64,000 bases of DNA, taken from positions 17,397 through 81,396 of the forward strand of contig JAMQHL010000006.1 in the NCBI GenBank assembly GCA_025993795.1, read 5' to 3'. Position numbers and translations under genes: made by a program. This DNA comes from Planctomycetota bacterium. Lineage in GTDB: Bacteria > Planctomycetota > UBA8742 > UBA2392. Each line of letters begins with the position of its first letter. Within the stretch, counting starts at the first letter, position 1. Positions 56,395 through 64,000 of this stretch are shown here, in pieces. The notes under the pieces were generated by a model that saw only the letters and a program-made list of their open reading frames with translations, was not told where the DNA came from and ran no database searches.

Positions 56395-58956
56395 CTACAT
56401 CGGCGTTGAACGAAACTCGATGCGGTCGGCCAGTCTTAGCGGCTCAAGATAGAATTCTTCCAGCACGCGCGGCTTCAGGTCAGGGGCGCGCTTCAGCAGC
56501 GCCTTCACGATTTCCAGCGATGCGTCATCTTCGCCCTGCTGGGCCAGCGCGCAGGCGCGGTAGTACAGCGGCTCGATGCGTGACGGGTAGTCCTGCGCCA
56601 GCGCCTCGGCCTGCGTGATCGCGTCTCCGTACTCTTCGTACTGCAGCAGGCGGTGGACTTTGGCAATCTGCACGGCAAAGCGGGCGGCTTCCTTCACGTC
56701 GTCGGCCTGGTCGAGCTCGCCATTGAGCATGAAGATCCACGCTTTCATGCGGTAGGCACGCTCATCCAGCGGTGCTGCCGCCAGCAATTCGTCCAGCCGC
56801 TCATTGGCGCGTTCGTGGTCTTGCCGCGCAAACGCGATACGAGCGAGGTGATAGCGCGCCTCAACGGCGTCAGCGGCATGCGGGTCCAGCGACTCGGTGA
56901 TTTCTTTCAACTGCTTCTCCGCGGCGGACAGGTTCTCAAGTTGAATCTCTGCGCGTGCCAGTTGCAGTAGCCCGTACGTGGTCAGGCGGCTGTGCTCAAC
57001 GCCCGCCAGAAGTTTGCGCGCCTGCTTGGCGTTGCGGCGCGAAAGCGCGACGGCCGCTGCCAGCTCAAAGGCGCGCGCGTCCACCTGCGGGTCGAGCTGT
57101 TCGTTTTCGAGTTGCACCTGCTCGACCTGCCGTTCGGCTTCAACCCGTTCGCCGACCGCCAGGTGCGCCTCGGCCAGGTCCAGCTTCAGTTCCATGGCAA
57201 GCGCGCCCTCGGCTTCCAGCCGCGCGAACACGGCAATCGCATCGCCGTAGCGCTGCAGTGCCAGGTAGCAGTGCCCCACGTCGCGGTGCACTGAGACGTC
57301 GCCGGGGCGGTCTTCGAGCACGCGGCGGTAGTAGCTCAGCGCCCGGTGCGGCTGGCCGTGGTCGAAGTACAGGTCGCCCAGGTTCAGCAGCACGCTCGGG
57401 TTGTTGGGCGTAATTTCGAGCATGCGGCGGTAGCATTCGACGGCCAGGTCGGGCCGCAGCTTGCCTTCGCCCAGCGTCACAGCCTTGATCCAGAGCGCGC
57501 CCACGAAGTCCGGGTGCTCGTTCAACGCTGCGTCTGCATGCTTCAAGGCAAGGTCGTCATCCTTGAACTCGTAAAACGCCAGCTCTGCCAGCAGCTTGTG
57601 TGCCGCCGCCGGGGCTGCACCGCCATCCACGGCGCGCGTCAGCAACGCGCGCACTTTCTCGCGTTCCGACTTTACGCCGCGGCGCGTACCTTCGTTGCGT
57701 TTCAGGCGCAGCTTTACAAAGCGCGCAGCACCCTCCAGCAGTGCGGCAAGCCCGGCCTCGGGCGATTCGGCGGGAACCTTCGACACCAGCTTGAGCAGCC
57801 GCTTGATGCGGTCCTCGGCGCGGTCGTCGTCAGGCGATGGAGACTCAACATCCAGAAAGTCCGGGTGCAGTGAAAGCGCAGCACCATGAAACATCAGTGC
57901 GTGATGCAGGTCGTTCTCAACTTCGGCCTTCTGGGCGCGTCGGTTGGCAAGCCGGGCACGCGCTTCACGCGTCTCGTTCGAGGAAAGCTCGGTTTCGCCC
58001 AGGCTGCGCAACAGTTCTTCGGCTTCGCTGAACAGTCCCATCTGCCCCAGCAGGTCAAGCTTGCGCAGCTTGGCGTCAAGGTCGGTGGGATTGGCGTCGA
58101 TCACCGAATCGTAGTCCTTGAGTGCCTCATCAAACAGCTCAAGGCGCTCCAGGCTGAGTGCCCGGTTGTAGTATGCGACGGCGCGGTTTGCGTCCTGCTC
58201 AATGGCTGTCGTCAGGTGCTGCACGCTTTCGCGCAGCCGCCCCAGCTCACGCAGCAGGTTGCCATAGTCGTTGTGCAGGCTGGGGTCATCGGGCAGACGC
58301 TCGAGGCCCTTCTTGTACCACTCCTCAGCACTGCCCAGGTCGCCCGTGAAACGAAAGCTGTCTGCGAGTTCGTTGTAGGGCCCGGGGTGGTCGGGCGCCA
58401 TTTCCCACGCCTCAAGCAACAGGGCCATGGCGTCAGCGCGGCGGCCCAGCCGGCACAGCGTGCGCCCCTTCCACATCAGCACTTCCGCCAAGGCCTCGTG
58501 GTGCGGGCCTTCGTCGGTGCTGTCGATGCGGCGCAGCAGCCGCTCGGCGCTTTCAAACGCCTCGAGGGACCGATCGAATGACTGGATCTCGCACAGTGCC
58601 AGACCGCGCTTGAAGTGGGCTTCGGCGTGGTTCGGGTCTGCTTCAATCACTCGGTTGAATGCGGAAAGCGCCCGGCGGAGCTTCTTGAGTTCGAGGTAGC
58701 AGGATCCGCGCCAGAGCAGGATTTCGTTGGGGCTGATGCCGCCCTTCTTCTGTGCGAGCTCGAAGTGATCCAGGGCATCCTGGTAGCGACCGACTTCGAA
58801 CAGGGCTTCGCCCATCGGCAGGTGAATGTCGCCGTCGTAGTAGTCGTTCTTGACGGCTTGCTCAAAGAACTTGACGGCTTCGGAGTAGCGCCCGTTCTCG
58901 AGTGATTCGAGCCCACGGTGGAAGAAGTCAGACGGGGTGATGAGGTCGTCTTCCAT
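56395..58956 (-). CDS. Long tetratricopeptide repeat protein
   Basis: TPR consensus repeats throughout; GGAG RBS before MEDDLIT. Confidence 0.9.
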   Translation of the reverse strand: MEDDLITPSDFFHRGLESLENGRYSEAVKFFEQAVKNDYYDGDIHLPMGEALFEVGRYQDALDHFELAQKKGGISPNEILLWRGSCYLELKKLRRALSAFNRVIEADPNHAEAHFKRGLALCEIQSFDRSLEAFESAERLLRRIDSTDEGPHHEALAEVLMWKGRTLCRLGRRADAMALLLEAWEMAPDHPGPYNELADSFRFTGDLGSAEEWYKKGLERLPDDPSLHNDYGNLLRELGRLRESVQHLTTAIEQDANRAVAYYNRALSLERLELFDEALKDYDSVIDANPTDLDAKLRKLDLLGQMGLFSEAEELLRSLGETELSSNETREARARLANRRAQKAEVENDLHHALMFHGAALSLHPDFLDVESPSPDDDRAEDRIKRLLKLVSKVPAESPEAGLAALLEGAARFVKLRLKRNEGTRRGVKSEREKVRALLTRAVDGGAAPAAAHKLLAELAFYEFKDDDLALKHADAALNEHPDFVGALWIKAVTLGEGKLRPDLAVECYRRMLEITPNNPSVLLNLGDLYFDHGQPHRALSYYRRVLEDRPGDVSVHRDVGHCYLALQRYGDAIAVFARLEAEGALAMELKLDLAEAHLAVGERVEAERQVEQVQLENEQLDPQVDARAFELAAAVALSRRNAKQARKLLAGVEHSRLTTYGLLQLARAEIQLENLSAAEKQLKEITESLDPHAADAVEARYHLARIAFARQDHERANERLDELLAAAPLDERAYRMKAWIFMLNGELDQADDVKEAARFAVQIAKVHRLLQYEEYGDAITQAEALAQDYPSRIEPLYYRACALAQQGEDDASLEIVKALLKRAPDLKPRVLEEFYLEPLRLADRIEFRSTPM

Positions 58957-59213
58957 GGTTGTCAGACTCCCGCCTGCACTATCCGCTCCGCCCCACACCG
59001 CGGCGGAACAGCGAGCCTTGTTAAGCGTAACCCCGCGCGCCGCAATGGGAAGAAGCGGTTGGGGTGGGGACTGTCGGCATTCTGCGCAGATTGTCAAGCA
59101 CACGCAGGCGAGTGGTTCCTATTTGAGCATTTTGTGGAAAACGCGTGACTAAAGGGATTTGCCGGAACTGATATTGTAGGCTTAATACGGAAAGGTTTAC
59201 CTTTCTTGCACAC

Positions 59214-59804
59214 ATGCCGATTCGTAGGAAATCCTTGTCCACGGGGGATATCGCCCGCTACTGCCAGGTGACACCTGCCACTGTGGTCAATTGGATCAAG
59301 GCCCACAAACTTGAGGTATACACAACGCCTGGCGGCCAATACCGCATGGACGTCGAGGCGTTTCTGAAGTTCCTTGAAAAGAACCGCTTTCCGGTGCCCG
59401 AAGACCTCGCGCCGGGCAAAGAGCGCCGCGTGTTGATCGTTGACGATGACCCAGAGATCCTTGAAAAAGCCACCGAGGCCCTTGGCCGACACCTTTCCGG
59501 CGTACTGATTGAAGAAAGCGGCGACGGCTACGATGCGCTGCTCAAGATCGGCGGTTTGAAGCCGCACGCCATTGTTCTTGACCTGACCATCGCCCGGCTT
59601 GACGGCGCAGAGGTGTGCCGCCGGCTGCGCGCCAACAACGACACGCGCAATACGTTCATTGTGGCGGTTTCGGGGCTGGCCGCAGACAGCGAGCTGGTTC
59701 GCAAGGTCAAACGCATCGGAGTGGACGGTTTTTTTACCAAGCCGCTCGACTTCCCCGAACTGGCAAAGACCGTGGGCAAGCTGCTGAAGGTACAGATGCA
59801 GTAA
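59214..59804 (+). CDS. Excisionase/MerR-like HTH plus response regulator receiver
   Basis: LSTGDIARYCQVTPATVVNWI...TPGGQYR; VLIVDDD, IVLDL and FTKP. Confidence 0.9.
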   Translation: MPIRRKSLSTGDIARYCQVTPATVVNWIKAHKLEVYTTPGGQYRMDVEAFLKFLEKNRFPVPEDLAPGKERRVLIVDDDPEILEKATEALGRHLSGVLIEESGDGYDALLKIGGLKPHAIVLDLTIARLDGAEVCRRLRANNDTRNTFIVAVSGLAADSELVRKVKRIGVDGFFTKPLDFPELAKTVGKLLKVQMQ

Positions 59805-59958
59805 AAGCTCAGCAGGCTGGCAGTCGTGTCATGCGGCAAACGTGACGTAACCAACGTCCGGGCTTGCGCTTGCCGTTGCGGGTCTCATTCGCATAATGAT
59901 TTCCCCCTCAATTGGCTGATCGGCTTGCAGGCCGTACTCGCTCGTTCCGGAGAGACCC

Positions 59959-61143
59959 ATGTCCGTTGGCATGCAGCAGCTTCTGGAGTTCGTGGTGTCG
60001 CAGGGCGCGTCGGACCTTCACCTTGCGGTGGGCCGCAAGCCCACGATCCGCAAGTCAGGCCACCTTAAAGACGTAAACGCGCCGGAGCTGACTGCCGCAG
60101 ACACCATAAGGCTTGCGAAAGAGATTATCCCGGAAAAGAACCTGAAAGAGCTGCAGGAAGCGGGCAGCTCGGACTGGGGCTATGCGTTCGGTGACAAAGC
60201 GCGCTTCCGTTGCGCGGCTTTCAAGCAGAAGAACGTGGTCGGGCTGGTCCTGCGCCAGATCCCGAACAAGCTGCTTTCGTTTGAGCAGATCGGCCTGCCG
60301 GAAAACGTGAAGCGCCTGCTGGACCGGCCGCGCGGGCTGTTCCTGGTGACAGGCCCGACCGGCAGCGGCAAGACCACCACGTTGGCGACGATGATTGACT
60401 ACATCAACACCAACATGGACCACCACATCATCACGATTGAAGACCCGATCGAGTACTACCACCCGCACAAGAAGTGCATTGTCACACAGCGCGAGTTGCA
60501 TAACGACGTGCCGACGTTCAGCGAAGGCCTGCGTCGCGCGCTGCGACAGGACCCGGACGTGATCCTGGTAGGCGAAATGCGCGACCTTGAAACCATCGGC
60601 AGCGCGATCACCGCCGCCGAAACGGGCCACCTTGTGTTCGGTACGTTGCACACGACGGGGGCCACGCGCACCGTGGACCGGATCATTGACGCGTTCCCGA
60701 CCAACCAGCAAGAGCAGGTGCGCGCGCAGCTTGCCGTCTCGATCATTGCCATCATTTCGCAGGCGATCATGCCCAAGGTGGGCGGTGGCTTGATTGCCGC
60801 CTTTGAGATCATGGTCAGCACCAGCGCGGTAGAGAACCTGATTCGCGAAGCCAAGACCTACCAGCTCAACTCGGTGATCCAGACGGGCAAAAAGGAAGGC
60901 ATGATCCTGCTGGATGACTACCTGTTTGAGCTTTACAACGCGCAGAAGATCAACCGCATGGACATGTTCCGGAAGTGTTCCAATCAGAAGGAAATGCGCG
61001 AAAAGTTCGAAAGCTTCCGCAAAGGCAAGGGCAGGCTGTGGGACGACCAGCTTGTCGCCGCAGAAGAGGCGCAGGGCGCCGTCGCGCCGCCGCCTGCGGC
61101 GGCTGCCGCTGCCGCCCTCTCGACGCGGCAAACGAAGAAGTAG
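59959..61143 (+). CDS. pilT: Type IV pilus retraction ATPase
   Basis: ASDLHL, GPTGSGKTT, TIEDPIE, ALRQDPD, AETGHLVFGTLHT and AVENLIRE (AIRNLIRE-like). Confidence 0.93.
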   Translation: MSVGMQQLLEFVVSQGASDLHLAVGRKPTIRKSGHLKDVNAPELTAADTIRLAKEIIPEKNLKELQEAGSSDWGYAFGDKARFRCAAFKQKNVVGLVLRQIPNKLLSFEQIGLPENVKRLLDRPRGLFLVTGPTGSGKTTTLATMIDYINTNMDHHIITIEDPIEYYHPHKKCIVTQRELHNDVPTFSEGLRRALRQDPDVILVGEMRDLETIGSAITAAETGHLVFGTLHTTGATRTVDRIIDAFPTNQQEQVRAQLAVSIIAIISQAIMPKVGGGLIAAFEIMVSTSAVENLIREAKTYQLNSVIQTGKKEGMILLDDYLFELYNAQKINRMDMFRKCSNQKEMREKFESFRKGKGRLWDDQLVAAEEAQGAVAPPPAAAAAAALSTRQTKK

Positions 61144-61152
61144 AATACGGGT

Positions 61153-61180
61153 GCGGGGACGCGGCACGCAGCGTCCCCGC
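61153..61180. repeat. Intergenic hairpin between pilT and pilB
   Basis: GCGGGGACGC-N8-GCGTCCCCGC, a 10-bp stem with no U-tract (REP-like or mRNA-stabilising). Confidence 0.5.
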
Positions 61181-61206
61181 CGCATCCTGATGCCGGAGAC
61201 TCACCC

Positions 61207-62928
61207 ATGGCCAAGCGCCGCAAGCTGCTCGGACAGATCCTGAAAGAAATCGAACTGGTCACCGAGGGTGATATCCAGGAGGCGCTGGCGCGCCAGAAGA
61301 AACAGGGCGGGTTGATCGGCAAGATCCTGGTTGAAATGGGCACCTGCAGCGACGGCGACATTACGATGGCGCTCGCTGCGCAGAACGACATGAACTTTGT
61401 TGACCTGACCGGGCTGGACATCCCGATCGAGCTGCTTGACCTTGTCACCGAGGCACAGGCCCACACCTACCGCGTTGTGCCACTTGAGTATGATGCCGAA
61501 AGCAAGACGTTTACCGTCGCGATGGACGATCCCACCAAGATCGTGGTGTTTGACGAGCTGCAGTTTTCGCTGCAAAGCCGCATTCCGGGCATCCGCATCC
61601 AAGGTGCACTGGCCAGCCAGGAAGACATCGACGCTGCACTTGAGAACTTCTACGGCGAAGGCGGCAGCGTGAAGGGCATTGGCGGCGGCGACCTGGCCGA
61701 GTTCATTGAGGAAGGCGTCGTCGGCAAGAACGCCGTTGCGGTGGACTCTGACGACCCGGACGCCCCTCAGGTGGTCAAGCTGCTCAACTTCCTGCTGTCC
61801 ACGGCCATCAAGGACCGCAGCAGCGACATCCACCTTGAGCCGTTTGAAGAACGTTTCCAGGTGCGCTACCGCGTGGACGGCGCGCTGCTGGCCATGGAAA
61901 ACCCGCCCAAGGAACTGGCTGCTTCGCTGATCAGCCGCATCAAGGTGCTCAGCAAGCTTGACATTGCGGAAACACGCATGCCCCAGGACGGTCGCATCGA
62001 GCTGACAATCGAGGGTAGAAGCGTGGACTTGCGCGTTAGCACGCTGCCGACCATGTTCGGCGAAAGCTGCGTGATGCGTATTCTGGACCGCAGCAACGTC
62101 AGCCTTGACCTCGATAACCTCGGCATGCGGCCGGAGGACAACGAGATGATGAAGGCGCTGATCGCCAAGCCAAACGGCATCGTGCTGGTGACCGGCCCCA
62201 CGGGCAGCGGCAAGACCACCACGCTGTACAGTTGCCTTAACTTCATGAACACGCCGGACCTCAAGATCATCACCACCGAAGATCCGGTCGAGTACGACCT
62301 GCCGGGCGTCATGCAGTGCCAGGTGAACGAAGACGTCGGCCTGACGTACGGCGCGGCGCTGCGCAGCATTCTGCGCCAGGACCCGGACATGATCCTGGTT
62401 GGCGAAATTCGCGACCGTGAAACCGGCGGCATCGCCGTTGAGGCGGCACTGACGGGCCACCTTGTGCTCAGCACGCTGCACACCAACGACGCGCCCAGCG
62501 CCACAACGCGTATGCTTGACCTAGGGCTTGAGGCGTTCCTGATCGCAGCCACGATGGAAGCAATTATCGCACAGCGCCTCGTGCGCAAGATCTGTGTGTC
62601 GTGCAAAGAATACTTTGAACCCGAAGCCGAACACTGCATGGAACTTGGCATTCGCCCCGAAGCCATTCGCGGCAAGAAGTTCGCCTTCGGCAAGGGCTGC
62701 TCGCGCTGCAACAACACCGGGTACAAGGGTCGCATGGCTCTATACGAGATGTTCAGGGTCAACGACGAAGTCAAGCAGATGATCATGGACGGCGCCAACG
62801 TCGCTTCGCTGCGCGAAGCCGGCCGACGCCACGGCATGCGCACACTGCGCGAATCGGGCCTGCTGGCAATTTATGACTGCGGCACCACTGTCGATGAGGT
62901 CCTGCGCGAAACGCTGGTACTGGAATAG
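61207..62928 (+). CDS. pilB: Type IV pilus / T2SS assembly ATPase with an MshEN-like N-terminus
   Basis: LLGQIL...EALARQ...LIGKILVEMG; SDIHLEP, PQDGRI, GPTGSGKTT, LRQDPD and tetra-Cys CVSC...CSRC. Confidence 0.9.
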   Translation: MAKRRKLLGQILKEIELVTEGDIQEALARQKKQGGLIGKILVEMGTCSDGDITMALAAQNDMNFVDLTGLDIPIELLDLVTEAQAHTYRVVPLEYDAESKTFTVAMDDPTKIVVFDELQFSLQSRIPGIRIQGALASQEDIDAALENFYGEGGSVKGIGGGDLAEFIEEGVVGKNAVAVDSDDPDAPQVVKLLNFLLSTAIKDRSSDIHLEPFEERFQVRYRVDGALLAMENPPKELAASLISRIKVLSKLDIAETRMPQDGRIELTIEGRSVDLRVSTLPTMFGESCVMRILDRSNVSLDLDNLGMRPEDNEMMKALIAKPNGIVLVTGPTGSGKTTTLYSCLNFMNTPDLKIITTEDPVEYDLPGVMQCQVNEDVGLTYGAALRSILRQDPDMILVGEIRDRETGGIAVEAALTGHLVLSTLHTNDAPSATTRMLDLGLEAFLIAATMEAIIAQRLVRKICVSCKEYFEPEAEHCMELGIRPEAIRGKKFAFGKGCSRCNNTGYKGRMALYEMFRVNDEVKQMIMDGANVASLREAGRRHGMRTLRESGLLAIYDCGTTVDEVLRETLVLE

Positions 62929-63078
62929 GCGACTGGCACGAAACGGGAACCAATTGCAGGCGCAAACTGAATAATGAGCCGGCGGTGAACAGGCACCGCA
63001 GCGTCTTGGATGGTGGCCACGCCTCTGCTGAAACATTTCCGGCGTTGAATTGTTCACTTGTGCCCGCCCGGCAAACCC

Positions 63079-64000
63079 ATGCCCACCCCCGCTGACACCG
63101 CATCGCCCCTGCCCGCCAAGCGCGGGTTCCCGATCCTTGGAGTTACAGGTTTCTCGCTGACGGCGCTTACGATTGCCGGCGCCATCTTGCGCTGGTTTTT
63201 GCCCGAAGAGCTGTGGACGCGCGTCTTCTTTGCCGTCTCGATCGGCGGGTTGGTCGGGTTTGCGACCAACTGGGTCGCGATCAAGATGCTGTTTCACCCA
63301 CGGGTTCGCGTCTTCGGCGTGCAGGGCGTCGTGCCCAAGCGCCGCAAAGAGCTCGCGCGCAGCGTCGGCGAAACGCTGGAAGAACACCTGATCTCCGGCG
63401 ACCGCATGCACAAGCTGCTGATGGATTCAGGCGCCGTTGACCAGGCCATTGACCGCATCTCGACACACATACCGGGGCTGCTGGGTGACCCCGATGCACG
63501 TAAGCTGGTCGAAGCCGAAGTCGATCGCACGATTCACACAACTCTGCAAGACGTGATCACTGCATCCAAGTCGTCGCTCAAGGCCAGCGCCCGCAGCACC
63601 GTCAATGCCGCACTGGCCGGCGGCGGCGCCGCAACCATGTTCGCCAAGCTCGGCCCACTGGCAGCGGCGCTGGCTGGCGGGTTGACCGCAGGCGGCATGA
63701 AAGTCGGGCTGATGGACCCCGTGATCGACAAGGTCGTGGACAAGCTGGCTGACGACCTGATGCAGCACGAAAGCCTCAAGGCTGTCGGCAAACGCTTTGT
63801 CGCCACGCTGCCCGAGCGCACCGAAGAAGTCCTGCGCAACGACAAGGTGCGCCTGAAACTGCGCGAGCTGATCGGCGGCATGGCCAAAGAGCTTGTCACG
63901 GCAGTTGACGTCGCCGGCCTGATCGAGGGCGAACTGCTGGCGCGCGACGAGGGTGAACTGGAAGCACTGATCGACCGTGTCGCAGCCAACGAGCTGAGTT
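63079..64000 (+). CDS. DUF445 family membrane protein (partial, runs off the window)
   Basis: Manual translation from ATG 63079 gives ...IGGLVGFATNWVAIKMLFHP...QGVVPKRRKELARSVGE..., open to the window edge. Confidence 0.85.
   Translation, partial: MPTPADTASPLPAKRGFPILGVTGFSLTALTIAGAILRWFLPEELWTRVFFAVSIGGLVGFATNWVAIKMLFHPRVRVFGVQGVVPKRRKELARSVGETLEEHLISGDRMHKLLMDSGAVDQAIDRISTHIPGLLGDPDARKLVEAEVDRTIHTTLQDVITASKSSLKASARSTVNAALAGGGAATMFAKLGPLAAALAGGLTAGGMKVGLMDPVIDKVVDKLADDLMQHESLKAVGKRFVATLPERTEEVLRNDKVRLKLRELIGGMAKELVTAVDVAGLIEGELLARDEGELEALIDRVAANELS

Noticed and set aside
59214-59400. Phage excisionase
   Set aside because: The excisionase-like HTH is fused to a receiver domain, a common regulator architecture, and there is no phage context.

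Overview
A 64 kb chromosomal window from a GC-rich diderm bacterium. Gene content, lipoproteins and REP-like palindromes suggest Planctomycetota, but this is inference. It is mostly housekeeping and envelope genes: trmB, valS, a U32/RlhA-family protein, an NtrC-type regulator, SRP RNA, moeB/moeZ, a K+ channel, dnaK, Skp, rsgA, pilT and pilB. The strongest signal is four in-frame TGA codons in three separate genes, which the ORF track splits or truncates. (1) A stand-alone rhodanese has TGA at both Cys positions of its loop (VFY-U-SGYA-U). (2) A MoeB-rhodanese fusion has TGA at its catalytic Cys (VFY-U-RSGQRS), followed by a hairpin with the same 11-nt spacing and GGUC loop as the E. coli fdhF SECIS. 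(3) A ~656-aa lipoprotein has a TGA 11 codons after its lipobox Cys, followed by a GGAC-loop hairpin. TGA is still a normal stop in many other genes here, so this points to site-specific (selenocysteine-type) recoding, including in an exported lipoprotein with no redox motif. Other notable items: a three-gene R-M-like cassette with two apparently complementary half-degenerate methyltransferases and a GIY-YIG/helicase; four secreted proteins sharing a Gly-linker-Cys-TM-Arg C-terminal sorting signal, two of them putative peptidoglycan hydrolases; a structured orphan ncRNA candidate upstream of valS; a consensus sigma54 promoter before dnaK; and a secreted Cys-His-Asp transglutaminase-like protein with a coupled partner gene. 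All family assignments come from motif recognition, not database searches.
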